Source: Ignavibacteriota bacterium
GTDB lineage: Bacteria; Bacteroidota; Ignavibacteria; SZUA-365
DNA: 64,000 bases
Reading direction: 5' to 3'
Assembly: GCA_016218045.1 (NCBI GenBank)
Contig: JACRFB010000063.1
Coordinates: forward strand, 68,226 to 132,225
The position numbers and the translations under genes were made by a program. The number at the start of each line of letters is the position of its first letter. Position 1 is the first letter of the stretch. Below the pieces are notes generated by a model, which saw only the letters and a list, made by a program, of their open reading frames with translations, had not been told where the DNA came from and did no database searches. Below are positions 10,277 through 20,573 of the stretch, piece after piece.

Positions 10277-10756
10277 ATGAACGCACCGGTGCAGGGCGAC
10301 CTCCAGGCCGGATCCTCCCGATTCGCGATTGTCGCGAGCCGTTTCAACGACGTCATCACGCGCCGCCTGATAGAAGGCGCCACGGACTGCCTCCTGCGGC
10401 ACGGCGCCGATCCGTCGGCGATCGACACATACATCTGCCCGGGGTCCTTCGAAATTCCCCTGGTTGCATCTCGCATCGCCGCCACGAAAAAGCACGACGC
10501 AATCGTCTGTCTCGGCGCAGTGATCAAAGGAGACACGCCGCATAACGAGTATATCGCCGCGGAAGTGACAAAGGGCATCGCGCAGCTCATGCTGCAGCAT
10601 CAGCTCCCCATCTCGTTCGGTATCCTGACCACAAACACGCTCGAACAGGCGCTCGAACGCGCGGGACTCAAACACGGCAACAAGGGGTGGGAAGCCGCGC
10701 TCTCCGCTCTCGAAATGGTGAATCTTCTCGGTCAGATCGAACCCTCGGCAGCATGA
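10277..10756 (+). CDS. ribH: 6,7-dimethyl-8-ribityllumazine synthase
   Basis: SRFN, PGSFEIP, LGAVIKGDTPH, FGILT and GNKG motifs. AGGAG ribosome-binding site upstream. Confidence 0.95.
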   Translation: MNAPVQGDLQAGSSRFAIVASRFNDVITRRLIEGATDCLLRHGADPSAIDTYICPGSFEIPLVASRIAATKKHDAIVCLGAVIKGDTPHNEYIAAEVTKGIAQLMLQHQLPISFGILTTNTLEQALERAGLKHGNKGWEAALSALEMVNLLGQIEPSAA

Positions 10757-12996
10757 GTCACGTTTTCAGGACGCTGTTCCTGTTCCTTGCGGCCGGTACA
10801 GCACTCTTCGCACAGACCGGGTCGTGGAAGACCTACACCTCCATGCGGGAGGTGCGTGACCTTGCGGTCACCGGCCGCGACATTTGGGCGGCTACAGCGG
10901 GCGGCGTGTTCCGCTACGCGACGAGTGACGGCACATTCACATCATACACCAATGTTGAGGGACTCGCGTCGATCGATATCCGCGCGGTTGAAATCGATGC
11001 AAACGGCCGGATCATCGTCGGCGCGGCCACGGGTGCATTGAATATTCTCGAGCCCGGCGGCGGGTGGATTTCCGTGCTCGACATCGCACGCGCGACAGAC
11101 AAACCACAGCGGGGAATCAATGCCATCCGGACAAAGGAAGGCCGGATTTACATTGCCACCGACTTCGGTGTATCGGTGTACAATCCCGTGACACGCGAGT
11201 TCACGGAGACCTGGCAGAAATTCGGTGCCCTCCCCGCACAATCGAGCGTGAAGGACATATATTTTACCGGACAGTCGATCTGGATCGCGACAGCGGAAGG
11301 AATTGCACACGGTGATGCCGGAAGCGCGAACCTTCAGGATCCCTCGTCATGGACCTCGTACACTGCTGCCGACGGCCTCCCTTCGAAGGTCGTTTCTACC
11401 ATTGTGTCGTATGGCGGCACCATTGTTGTCGGGACGGACAAAGGGTGCGCGCGGCTTGAGTCCGGCTCGTGGCTTCCCGTCTATCTCGACGCGGGCGCAG
11501 TTCCGGTGCGCGAGATCATCACACGCGAGGACACGCTGTTTTTTATCACCGACGAGTATATGTACCGCGTGGAGGGGTCGGCTGTTCCACAACGCATCGG
11601 CCCTTCCTCCACCGATCCCCGTTATGGAAGAAACACCGTGTACACGCGGCTCGCGCTTATGGCCGGTGAAGCCGGTCCCCTGCTAGGATCGAGCAAGGGT
11701 GTGAGCCGTTACTCCACGGCAGGGTGGAGTTTTGTACAGCCGGACGGTCCGATTGCCAACCAGATTTCATCACTGGCCGTTGACGATTCCGGCGTAGTCT
11801 GGAGCGCGTCCCCGGGGAGCGGTGTGTCGGGATATAACGGCGTACAATGGCGCCAGTATTCCCCCTCCACAAATCCTCCGTTACCCGCTGAGGATCCGCG
11901 TGTTGTAGCGGCCGGACCGGATGGCTCGTTGCTCATCGGCACGTGGGGTTCCGGCGTGGTGCGTCGAAATGCCGACGGCACGCTGCACCGTTATGATCGC
12001 AACACACATCCCGAGTTTCCCGGAATTCCAGACAGTCCGGAATTCAGTCCCATCGGCGGGCTGATGACCGATACGAAGGGCAACATCTGGATGGTCCATC
12101 ATCGCGGTGCGAACGCGCGCATACTCAGTTGCCTGACCCGCGACGGCCGCTGGTACACCTATCGGAATCCCTACTACGACGACGCGTATGTGTACGGCCT
12201 CGGCATCGATCAGTTCGGCACGAAGTGGCTGTGGGGGGGATACAATTTTCTGGGCGTGATCACGTTTAACGAAAACGGCACGCTCGAATCCACCGGTGAC
12301 GACGTGTGGAAAAAAGTGGATCCCAACGCCTATCTCGCGGACAAGGTGCTTGTCGCCACAACCGACCGCCTCGGTGACGTGTGGATAGGAACGCCCCTCG
12401 GCCCGCGCACCGTGTACAATCCGTCGACACCCGAGCGGTCCTCGCGCACATGTTACAACACGCGGTGCAACCTCGAAGGTCTTGTCGTGAACTGCCTCGC
12501 CATCGATCCGGTCAACAACAAGTGGCTCGGTACAAACGCCGGTGTGTTTGTCCTGTCGTCGGACGGGAGCACCATCATCGAGCAGTATACGGTGGACAAC
12601 AGCCCGCTCATCGACAACGCTGTCAGGAGCATCGTTGTTCATCCCGCCACCGGCGACGCGTATTTCGGAACCAACAAGGGTATCTCCCGCCTTTCGACGC
12701 CGTTTGTACAGGCGGCAGCGACAGGGAAGGAACTCCGTGTGTCACCGAATCCCTTCCGTCCCGACATCGACGGCCAGGCGCGTATCGACGGACTCGCGGA
12801 GGGCTCCACCATGAAGATTCTCGCACCGTCCGGCTCGGTGGTGCGCGAGATCACGACACCGGGCGGTCGTATCGGATTCTGGGACGGAAAAGACGAGGAT
12901 GGTGAGTACGTCGCCTCCGGCGTGTATATCATCGCGGCCTACCAGGCCGACGGCTTGGAAACGCGGCTCGGGAAAATCCTGGTCGTAAGGCAGTAG
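10753..12996 (+). CDS. PorZ-like T9SS-associated protein (two beta-propellers + C-terminal FlgD-Ig/CTD)
   Basis: Signal peptide, GSWKTY start and many W.GT..G propeller blades. IDPVNNKWLGT..G and NSPLIDN.V.SI are present. The tail reads PNPF...WDGKD..G..VASGVY. Confidence 0.75.
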   Translation: MSHVFRTLFLFLAAGTALFAQTGSWKTYTSMREVRDLAVTGRDIWAATAGGVFRYATSDGTFTSYTNVEGLASIDIRAVEIDANGRIIVGAATGALNILEPGGGWISVLDIARATDKPQRGINAIRTKEGRIYIATDFGVSVYNPVTREFTETWQKFGALPAQSSVKDIYFTGQSIWIATAEGIAHGDAGSANLQDPSSWTSYTAADGLPSKVVSTIVSYGGTIVVGTDKGCARLESGSWLPVYLDAGAVPVREIITREDTLFFITDEYMYRVEGSAVPQRIGPSSTDPRYGRNTVYTRLALMAGEAGPLLGSSKGVSRYSTAGWSFVQPDGPIANQISSLAVDDSGVVWSASPGSGVSGYNGVQWRQYSPSTNPPLPAEDPRVVAAGPDGSLLIGTWGSGVVRRNADGTLHRYDRNTHPEFPGIPDSPEFSPIGGLMTDTKGNIWMVHHRGANARILSCLTRDGRWYTYRNPYYDDAYVYGLGIDQFGTKWLWGGYNFLGVITFNENGTLESTGDDVWKKVDPNAYLADKVLVATTDRLGDVWIGTPLGPRTVYNPSTPERSSRTCYNTRCNLEGLVVNCLAIDPVNNKWLGTNAGVFVLSSDGSTIIEQYTVDNSPLIDNAVRSIVVHPATGDAYFGTNKGISRLSTPFVQAAATGKELRVSPNPFRPDIDGQARIDGLAEGSTMKILAPSGSVVREITTPGGRIGFWDGKDEDGEYVASGVYIIAAYQADGLETRLGKILVVRQ

Positions 12997-13071
12997 GACG
13001 AGGCCAAAAAAAGAATCAGGGCGGGGCATTTTCATTATTCAGAGAAAACTCCGTACATTTCCAAGCTTGAT

Positions 13072-13785
13072 ATGCTTGGAAACCCAAATATCCCCTTCAT
13101 AATTGCCATCGACGGCCCCGCCGGATCGGGAAAAACGACCACGGCGCGTTTCCTTGCTGAACAGCTCGGATTCATCTACGTCGATACCGGGGCGATGTAC
13201 CGCGCAGTGGCCTTCGGCCTGCTTCAACGCGGTATCACGCTCGACGATGTCGGCGCGGTGTGCGCCGCCGTCGACGAACTCGATATCCGACTGGAACTCG
13301 GGGGAGACACGCAGCGAACATTGCTCAATGGGGTGGATATCGAGGATTCCATTCGATCGCAGGTGATGTCGAAGGCGGCCAGCGATGTCAGTGCCATACC
13401 GTGTGTGCGCGAGGCCATGGTCGCCCTGCAGCGGCACGCCGTCACAGGCGCAACCGGGGCGGTGCTCGAAGGTCGCGACATCGGCACCGTGGTTTTCCCC
13501 GATGCACCATGCAAGATCTACCTCATGGCTGACGTGGCCACACGCGCGCTGCGACGGAAATTGCAGCTCGAATCCAAGGGCATGGTGGTCGATATCGAGG
13601 TGCTATCACGCGAAATTGAAGAACGGGACCAGAACGACGCACAGCGCGACCATTCGCCACTCCGCAAATCTCCCGACGCAATCGAAGTGGAGACAACAAA
13701 CACGAGTATCGAGGAACAGGTTTCGATGATTCGGAGTTTAGTTGAGAAGAGATTGCGCAAATGGCGAGGAGAAGAGGACGCATGA
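13072..13785 (+). CDS. cmk: Cytidylate kinase
   Basis: IAIDGPAGSGKTT, DTGAMYRA and EGRDIGTVVFPDA motifs. Confidence 0.96.
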   Translation: MLGNPNIPFIIAIDGPAGSGKTTTARFLAEQLGFIYVDTGAMYRAVAFGLLQRGITLDDVGAVCAAVDELDIRLELGGDTQRTLLNGVDIEDSIRSQVMSKAASDVSAIPCVREAMVALQRHAVTGATGAVLEGRDIGTVVFPDAPCKIYLMADVATRALRRKLQLESKGMVVDIEVLSREIEERDQNDAQRDHSPLRKSPDAIEVETTNTSIEEQVSMIRSLVEKRLRKWRGEEDA

Positions 13786-14732
13786 ATGTAAGCATCGATC
13801 CGACTGCCGGCTTCTGCTGGGGCGTGGTCCGCACCGTACAGGTGGCGGAGGAAGAACTCGCGCGCGGCCGCGCGCTCGTGTCGCTGGGCGATATCATTCA
13901 CAATCCGAAGGAAATCGAGCGCATGGAGCAACTCGGCATGCGCACGATTCATCACGGTCAGCTCGAGGAACTGCCGAAGGAGACGCAGATACTGATCCGC
14001 GCCCACGGCGAGCCGCCCTCGACATATCGCAGAGCCCGCGAACTCGGTCTCATGCTTGTCGACGCAACCTGCCCCGTCGTGACGAAGCTGCAGGAACGCA
14101 TCCGAAAGTATTACGACGACGGGTATCAGATCGTCATCTTCGGCAAAAAGGATCACGCAGAAGTCATCGGCTTGCGCGGGGTCTGCAACGACGAGTGCAT
14201 CGTGGTCAAATCCGTGGCCGAGGCCGAGGCGGGTGTCGACATTTCGCGCAAGACGGTACTGTTCAGTCAGACCACGATGGACAAGCCCACGTTTCAGGCG
14301 ATACGCGAGGTGCTTGAAACGCGGATACGCGAACTTGTTCTCGATTCAATGGAGAGCCTGGCCGCGGACTTCCATGCGAAGGACACCATCTGTGGGCAGG
14401 TTTCGGGCCGCGAAAACAAATTGCGCGAATACGCGCGAGCGAACGATATGATGATTTTTGTCGCGGGCAAAAAGAGTTCGAACGGGCGAGTGCTCTTCGA
14501 CATCTGCGCCGCCGCGAATCCCCGCACATATTTTATCGAGGACATCGACGAGATCGAACCCTCGTGGTTCGAAGGCGCGCAGAGCGTCGGCATCAGCGGG
14601 GCGACGAGCACACCGCAATGGCTGATGGCGATGGTGCGCGATGCCGTCGAAAACCTTGCCGCCGGCTTGCCGCGGCGCACACACGAGTCTCTGATTCACG
14701 AGCTGCCACTAATCAACCCCCCTCACAATTAA
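13782..14732 (+). CDS. ispH: 4-hydroxy-3-methylbut-2-enyl diphosphate reductase
   Basis: GFCWGV, IIHN, IRAHG, DATCP, QTT, DTIC, SSN and GATSTP motifs. ATGA overlap with cmk. Confidence 0.95.
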   Translation: MNVSIDPTAGFCWGVVRTVQVAEEELARGRALVSLGDIIHNPKEIERMEQLGMRTIHHGQLEELPKETQILIRAHGEPPSTYRRARELGLMLVDATCPVVTKLQERIRKYYDDGYQIVIFGKKDHAEVIGLRGVCNDECIVVKSVAEAEAGVDISRKTVLFSQTTMDKPTFQAIREVLETRIRELVLDSMESLAADFHAKDTICGQVSGRENKLREYARANDMMIFVAGKKSSNGRVLFDICAAANPRTYFIEDIDEIEPSWFEGAQSVGISGATSTPQWLMAMVRDAVENLAAGLPRRTHESLIHELPLINPPHN

Positions 14733-14822
14733 CTGTAACTCACGCTTTCCCCGGGCACCAGGACCAGAAGGCAGCTCGCGTCCCCGGAACGGGTGAAAGA
14801 CATGTTCCACCAAGGAGTTTTA

Positions 14823-16604
14823 ATGTCACCAGAAGAAAGCCACACCGAAGATCCTGCAATGGCTGTCGTCGCTCAGGAGAACACCCGCCCGATGCATACG
14901 GTCGGAATTGTGATCGAGGACGAGGAGTACAACTCCCAGGAATTCGACACGCTGAAGATCATGTACGAGAACACCCTCAGCACGCTGAAGAAGGGTACGA
15001 TCATCTCGGGCAAGATCATTCAGATGAACAAGGACTACGCGATCATCGACATCGGATTCAAGTCCGAGGGCATGGTCTCGATCGACGAATTCACCAACGC
15101 GTCCGAACTCAAGATCGGCGATGTCGTGGAGGTGTTTCTCGAGTCCGTTGAAAACAAAGAAGGCAACATCACCCTCTCGCGCAAGCGCGCGGATTTCGTC
15201 CGCATCTGGGAGCGTATCCAGCATGCGTTCGATCACGAGGACATCCTGCAGGGCCGCTGCATCCGCCGTATCAAGGGCGGCATCGTGATGGATCTTATGG
15301 GCGTCGACGCGTTCCTTCCCGGCTCGCAGATCGACATCCGTCCCGTCCGTGATTTTGATGCGTACCTGGGCCGCACGCTCGATGTGCGCGTCGTGAAGAT
15401 CAACCAGCCGGCCGAGAACATCGTGGTCAGCCGCAAGGTGATCATCGAAGAGCAGATCGCAGGCCAGCGCAAGGCGATTCTCGACAGTCTCGAGAAAGGT
15501 CAGATTCTCGAAGGCACCGTCAAGGCTATCACCGATTTCGGTGTGTTCATCGATCTCGGCGGCGTCGACGGTCTTGTGCACATCACGGATCTTTCGTGGG
15601 GCCGCGTGAATCATCCGACGGAAATCGTGAAGCTCGACCAGACGGTCAACGTCGTCGTGCTCGATTTCGACGCGGAGAAGAAGCGCATTTCGCTCGGCAT
15701 GAAGCAGTTGATGCCGCACCCGTGGGAAAACATCGACACGAAGTACCCGGTCGGCACGAAGGTGCGCGGCAAGGTCGTGTCGCTCGCGGATTACGGCGCA
15801 TTCATCGAAATCGAAAAGGGCATCGAAGGCCTTATCCATATTTCCGAAATGAGCTGGACGCAGCACATCAAACATCCGTCGCAGGTTGTGTCGATGGGTC
15901 AGATGGTGGATGCGGTCATCCTCAATCTGGATGTGCAGGACAAGAAAATATCGCTCGGCATGAAGCAGCTCGAGCCGGATCCGTGGTCGAATCTGATCGC
16001 AAAATACCCGGTCGGTTCGCATCACTCCGGCACCGTGCGCAACCTCACCAACTTCGGCGTGTTTGTGGAACTCGAGCCCGGCGTTGACGGCCTCGTGCAC
16101 ATCTCCGATCTCTCATGGACGAAGAAGATCCGCCACCCGGGCGAGATCGTGAAGAAGGGCGAACGTCTCGACGTCGTGATTCTCGGCATCGACATCGATC
16201 AGCGCCGCATTTCTCTCGGTCACAAGCAGGTGCAGGAAAATCCGTGGGAAACGTTCGAGCAGATCTACGGCGTCGGCACCGAAGTCGAAGGCAAGATCTC
16301 GCGCCTTATCGAGAAGGGCGTCATCGTCGAACTTCCCTCGGGAGTGGACGGCTTTGTACCCTCCTCGCAGCTCGCGACGAAGGTTGTCCGCGACGTGCCC
16401 GCCTCCTTCAAGGAAGGCGACGCTCTGCCGCTTCGTATCATCGAGTTCGACAAGGAGAACAAGAAGATTGTGCTCTCCGTTGTGGAATACTTCAAGGGTC
16501 GTGACCAGGAACAGATCGACGCGTATCTTGCGTCGCATGGCCTGCTCAACGCCCCGGCGTCAGAGGCGACGGATCTCCGTCCCGACGAACTTCTGTTCGA
16601 TTGA
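14823..16604 (+). CDS. rpsA: 30S ribosomal protein S1
   Basis: Six S1 repeats (FG.F.......GL.HI....W). ATG at 14823 is preceded by AGGAG. Confidence 0.97.
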   Translation: MSPEESHTEDPAMAVVAQENTRPMHTVGIVIEDEEYNSQEFDTLKIMYENTLSTLKKGTIISGKIIQMNKDYAIIDIGFKSEGMVSIDEFTNASELKIGDVVEVFLESVENKEGNITLSRKRADFVRIWERIQHAFDHEDILQGRCIRRIKGGIVMDLMGVDAFLPGSQIDIRPVRDFDAYLGRTLDVRVVKINQPAENIVVSRKVIIEEQIAGQRKAILDSLEKGQILEGTVKAITDFGVFIDLGGVDGLVHITDLSWGRVNHPTEIVKLDQTVNVVVLDFDAEKKRISLGMKQLMPHPWENIDTKYPVGTKVRGKVVSLADYGAFIEIEKGIEGLIHISEMSWTQHIKHPSQVVSMGQMVDAVILNLDVQDKKISLGMKQLEPDPWSNLIAKYPVGSHHSGTVRNLTNFGVFVELEPGVDGLVHISDLSWTKKIRHPGEIVKKGERLDVVILGIDIDQRRISLGHKQVQENPWETFEQIYGVGTEVEGKISRLIEKGVIVELPSGVDGFVPSSQLATKVVRDVPASFKEGDALPLRIIEFDKENKKIVLSVVEYFKGRDQEQIDAYLASHGLLNAPASEATDLRPDELLFD

Positions 16605-16616
16605 CGCTTCCTATCC

Positions 16617-16661
16617 GTGCAAAAGGAGTTGGGCGCCCCCGCGTCCAACTCCTTTTTGTAC
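16617..16661 (+). terminator. Rho-independent terminator after rpsA
   Basis: Stem AAAAGGAGTTGGGCGC / GCGTCCAACTCCTTTT ending in a T-run. Confidence 0.85.
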
Positions 16662-16777
16662 ACACATGTGAATCCGCGGCCGGTGCCGGCGCGCACAAAG
16701 ATCACCATACGCCCCCTTTGGCGATAACCTGAATTCCTGCTCACAACCAACACACGCTGACGCATCGTTCATACATC

Positions 16778-18097
16778 ATGCCCACCGTCGCATTCCATAC
16801 ACTCGGCTGCAAGCTGAATTTTGCGGAGACGTCGACCGTCGGCCGGCAGTTCCGCGAGAAGGGCTACAGTGTGGTGGAGTTTGAGGAGACGGCGGATGTC
16901 ATTCTCATCAACACCTGCTCCGTCACCGAGAACGCCGACCGTGAGGCGCGCAAGCTCGTGCGTCAGGCGCGGAGGCGCTCGCCCGAGGCCTTTGTGATCG
17001 TGATGGGATGTTACGCACAGCTCAGACCCGAGCAGATCGCGGCGATCGACGGGGTGGATTTGATCCTCGGTTCGCAGGAAAAATTCCGCGTCTTCGACTA
17101 CGTGGAATCGTTCGATCATCACGGCGAGGCGCGCATCTGCGTCGGTGCGCTCGATGAGGAAGCCGCATTCGGTCCCGCTTACGCGGCCGACAGCGAGGGA
17201 CGCGCTCGCGCATTTCTCAAAGTGCAGGACGGCTGCGACTACTCCTGCGCCTTTTGTACAATCCCCATGGCCCGCGGCGCAAGCCGCAGCCAGTCTGTCG
17301 CGTCCACCGTGCAGCAGGCCCGCGACATCCTTGCGCGCGGCTTCCACGAGATTGTGCTGAGCGGCGTGAATGTGGGAGACTATGGCAGCAAGATCGGCAC
17401 GTCATTCGAACAGTTGCTCGCCGCATTGCTCGTGGTGGAAGGGGAGTACCGGATCCGCATCAGTTCGATCGAACCGAATCTGCTGACCGACAGCATCATC
17501 GAATTGACCGCGGCATCGGAAAGGATGTGCAGACATTTTCACATTCCGCTTCAGTCGGGCTCCGCCTCCGTGCTGCGCCTGATGCGGCGGCGGTACACGA
17601 AGGACCTCTATGCCGAACGGATCAGCACCGTACGGGACCGCATGCCGGATTGCGCGATCGGCATCGACGTGATCGTGGGGCATCCCGGGGAAACGGAGGC
17701 CGACTTCGAGGAGACCTACCGCTTCCTGGCGGATCTGCCCTTCAGCTACCTGCATGTGTTTTCGTATTCCGCGCGGCCCGGCACACATGCGCTGCAGATC
17801 GGCTCTCCCGTGCCGTCCGAAGAGCGCGCCCGCAGAAGCGCAATGCTGCGTATTCTGTCGGAAAAAAAGCGCCAGGCCTTTTACCGCGACAACCTCGGGA
17901 GTATCCGCCCCGTGCTCTTTGAACACACAAAAGACGGAATAACATCGGGATTTACCGACAATTATGTGCGTGTGGGTGTCGCCTCGGCTCCGGATGCGGA
18001 ACACCGCCTCATCGCGGTGCGGCTCGATGCACCGCAGGGCGCATATGTCGCCGGCAGCATCGTGGATGAGAAATACACCGAACCGCGCCAGTTGTAA
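16778..18097 (+). CDS. mtaB: tRNA (t6A37) methylthiotransferase, radical SAM
   Basis: HTLGCKLNFAE, INTCSVT, GCYAQL and the radical-SAM motif CDYSCAFC in RAFLKVQDGC. TDNY near the C-terminus. Confidence 0.92.
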   Translation: MPTVAFHTLGCKLNFAETSTVGRQFREKGYSVVEFEETADVILINTCSVTENADREARKLVRQARRRSPEAFVIVMGCYAQLRPEQIAAIDGVDLILGSQEKFRVFDYVESFDHHGEARICVGALDEEAAFGPAYAADSEGRARAFLKVQDGCDYSCAFCTIPMARGASRSQSVASTVQQARDILARGFHEIVLSGVNVGDYGSKIGTSFEQLLAALLVVEGEYRIRISSIEPNLLTDSIIELTAASERMCRHFHIPLQSGSASVLRLMRRRYTKDLYAERISTVRDRMPDCAIGIDVIVGHPGETEADFEETYRFLADLPFSYLHVFSYSARPGTHALQIGSPVPSEERARRSAMLRILSEKKRQAFYRDNLGSIRPVLFEHTKDGITSGFTDNYVRVGVASAPDAEHRLIAVRLDAPQGAYVAGSIVDEKYTEPRQL

Positions 18098-18105
18098 GAA
18101 AAACA

Positions 18106-18134
18106 TTGCCATTTTCTCCTTCTTTCCGTATTTT
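18106..18134 (+). promoter_or_regulatory. Putative sigma70-type promoter for ffh
   Basis: TTGCCA-N17-TATTTT with CG immediately before the -10 hexamer. Confidence 0.55.
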
Positions 18135-18136
18135 TC

Positions 18137-18167
18137 ATGGCTCTTGCAAAGAAGAGCCATTTTTCTT
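18137..18167 (+). terminator. Terminator-like hairpin after mtaB
   Basis: ATGGCTCTT-GCAAAG-AAGAGCCAT followed by TTTTCTT. Confidence 0.55.
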
Positions 18168-18181
18168 GACACACATACGGC

Positions 18182-19513
18182 ATGTTTGAAGCTCTCTCCG
18201 AAAAACTAGATCTCGCGCTCAAGCGCATTCGAGGCGAACACCGGCTCACCGAGGCGAACGTCGAGGAGTCGCTGCGCGAAGTGCGCCGCGCTCTGCTCGA
18301 CGCCGACGTCAACTTCCAGGTGGTGAAGGACTTCATCGAGGCGGTGAAGGACAAGGCGCTCGGCCAGGACGTGTTGAAAAGCCTGACCCCTGGTCAGCAG
18401 ATCGTCAAGATCATCAACGACGAATTGATCGCGTTGATGGGGGCCGACCGCACCGAACTCGCAATGGCGAAGTCGGGTCCGACCATCATCATGATCGCCG
18501 GCCTTCAGGGTTCGGGTAAAACGACCTTTGCGGCGAAACTCGCGCGGCATCTGAAGGAGAAGGGCCGACATCCGCTGCTGGTTGCGGCCGACGTGTACCG
18601 TCCCGCTGCCATCGGCCAGTTGAAGCTGCTCGCTGAGAGCATCGACGTACCCGTGTACTCGGGCGACGAGCGCACGCCGCTGCGCATCGCCGAGGAGTCC
18701 CTCGACCACGCGCGCAAAAATCTGCGCGACACGATCATCATCGACACCGCCGGCCGGCTCAGCATCGACGAAGTGATGATGCAGGAAGTCGCCGACATCA
18801 AGCGCTCGGTGAAACCGACCGAGATCCTGTTTGTTGTCGATTCGATGACAGGACAGGACGCGGTGAACACCGCGAAGGCCTTCCACGACCGTCTTCTTTT
18901 CGACGGTGTGGTTTTGACGAAGCTCGACGGCGACACACGCGGAGGCGCCGCGCTGTCGATACGCCGCGTGGTCGACACGCCGATCAAGTTCGTGAGCATC
19001 GGCGAAAAACTCGACGCCCTCGAGCCGTTTTATCCGGACCGCATGGCCTCACGCATACTCGGCATGGGCGACATTGTCACCCTTGCGGAGAAGGCGCAGG
19101 AGCAGTTCGACGAAGACGAGGCCGCGAAACTCGAACAGAAAATGCGCAAGAACCAGTTCACGCTGGAGGATTTCTACGCGCAGCTTCAGTCCCTGAAAAA
19201 AATGGGTCCGTTGACCTCGATTCTCGAGATGATCCCAGGCATGGGGAAGGCGCTCAAAGGCGTCGATGTCGACGACCGCGCCTTTACGCGCATCGAGGCG
19301 ATCATCCTGTCGATGACCCCCGAGGAGCGCCGGAAACCCGCGATTATCAATGGCAGCCGCCGCAAGCGCATCGCCGGTGGAAGCGGCACCACCATCCAGG
19401 ATGTCAACCGACTGCTGAAACAGTTCGAGGAAATGCAGAAGCTGATGAAGCGACTGACAAAGGGCGGCGCCCGCCAGTTTGCGCGCGGTCTCATGAATCA
19501 AAAATTTTCGTAA
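18182..19513 (+). CDS. ffh: Signal recognition particle protein
   Basis: GLQGSGKTT, DTAGR and TKLDGD GTPase motifs. M domain with SMT..ER and RRKRIA.GSG. Confidence 0.97.
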   Translation: MFEALSEKLDLALKRIRGEHRLTEANVEESLREVRRALLDADVNFQVVKDFIEAVKDKALGQDVLKSLTPGQQIVKIINDELIALMGADRTELAMAKSGPTIIMIAGLQGSGKTTFAAKLARHLKEKGRHPLLVAADVYRPAAIGQLKLLAESIDVPVYSGDERTPLRIAEESLDHARKNLRDTIIIDTAGRLSIDEVMMQEVADIKRSVKPTEILFVVDSMTGQDAVNTAKAFHDRLLFDGVVLTKLDGDTRGGAALSIRRVVDTPIKFVSIGEKLDALEPFYPDRMASRILGMGDIVTLAEKAQEQFDEDEAAKLEQKMRKNQFTLEDFYAQLQSLKKMGPLTSILEMIPGMGKALKGVDVDDRAFTRIEAIILSMTPEERRKPAIINGSRRKRIAGGSGTTIQDVNRLLKQFEEMQKLMKRLTKGGARQFARGLMNQKFS

Positions 19514-19554
19514 TCGGATCTAATTATCTTCATTTATTTCGGAGGTTCAACCAC

Positions 19555-19965
19555 GTGGTAAAAATTCGTTTGCAGCGCAGGGGAAGGAAAAAACTTCCCG
19601 TGTTCAAAATCGTGGCGGCCGATTCGCGGTTCCCGCGTGACGGACGTTTCATCGAGGCCCTCGGCCATTACGAGCCCTTCCGCAGCCCGGCGTTTGTGTC
19701 GGTCGACGAGGAGCGCATCCAGTACTGGCTCGGCGTCGGCGCGCAGCCGACCGACACCGTCCGCAGCATTCTCAGCAGCCAGGGCGTGATGCTTCGCATC
19801 CATCTCCAGCGCAAGGGCAAGTCGCCCGAGGAAATCGCGACGGAAATGGCGGCATGGCGCCAGGCCAAAGAGCAGCGCGAGGCGGGCAAGGCGTCGAAGA
19901 AAGAGCGCCGCGCGCAGAAGAAGGCCGCTGCCGCAGCCGCACCCGAAAGCGCTCCCGCGGCGTAA
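19555..19965 (+). CDS. rpsP: 30S ribosomal protein S16 with C-terminal extension
   Basis: VKIRLQR.G.K, DSR.PRDGRFIE and WL..GAQPTDTV motifs. GGAGG ribosome-binding site. Confidence 0.96.
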   Translation: MVKIRLQRRGRKKLPVFKIVAADSRFPRDGRFIEALGHYEPFRSPAFVSVDEERIQYWLGVGAQPTDTVRSILSSQGVMLRIHLQRKGKSPEEIATEMAAWRQAKEQREAGKASKKERRAQKKAAAAAAPESAPAA

Positions 19966-20051
19966 ACAGCTACCAGAAACGTATCTCGCAGCAGCTCGCG
20001 ACCGACCCGCCCCGCGGTCGGCCGCGCGTCTGTGCACACGCGGCTCGCAGC

Positions 20052-20573
20052 ATGGATCTCTGTCTCATCGGAAAGATCGTTGCAGTCCACGGCGTTGCCG
20101 GCGGACTGCGCGTTCAATCATACTCCGACCATCCCCGGCGTTTCACGACGCTGAAAAAGGTGTTGCTCGGATCGTCGGACGACTCCGTGTCGGAGAGGGC
20201 GGTGACGCGGAGCATCGACCGGGGAAAGGACGTGGTGCTCTTTCTCGAGGGCATCAACACACGCAACGATGCCGAGCGGCATATGGGCGAGAATCTTTTC
20301 ATCCCCGCGAACGAAATGCTGCCGCCGCCGGAGGGACGCATCTGGGTGCATGAACTTGTCGGTTGCGCCGTGGTAAGCACCGAAGGTGTGCCGCGCGGCG
20401 AAATCGTCGATGTGTTTCTGCGCCCCGCGCAGGATCTCTACCTCGTGCGCTTCGAGGGCCGCGAGGTGCTGCTGCCGGCCGTACCGGCCATCATCGAGTC
20501 GGTCGACACGGCCGCAAAACGCGTGACGGTGAACGATGTTCCGGGCCTGTTCGAGGACGCCGATGAGGATTGA
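20052..20573 (+). CDS. rimM: 16S rRNA processing protein RimM
   Basis: [12 protein letters not shown], a PRC-barrel C-terminus (EVLLPAV) and synteny between rpsP and trmD. Confidence 0.9.
   Translation: MDLCLIGKIVAVHGVAGGLRVQSYSDHPRRFTTLKKVLLGSSDDSVSERAVTRSIDRGKDVVLFLEGINTRNDAERHMGENLFIPANEMLPPPEGRIWVHELVGCAVVSTEGVPRGEIVDVFLRPAQDLYLVRFEGREVLLPAVPAIIESVDTAAKRVTVNDVPGLFEDADED

Noticed and set aside
14757..14778. CAGGACCAGAAGGCAGC resembles SRP RNA helix 8 (CAGGTCCGGAAGGAAGCAGC)
   Set aside because: It lacks the GNRA loop and the full AGCAGC arrangement, and it lies in the rpsA leader.
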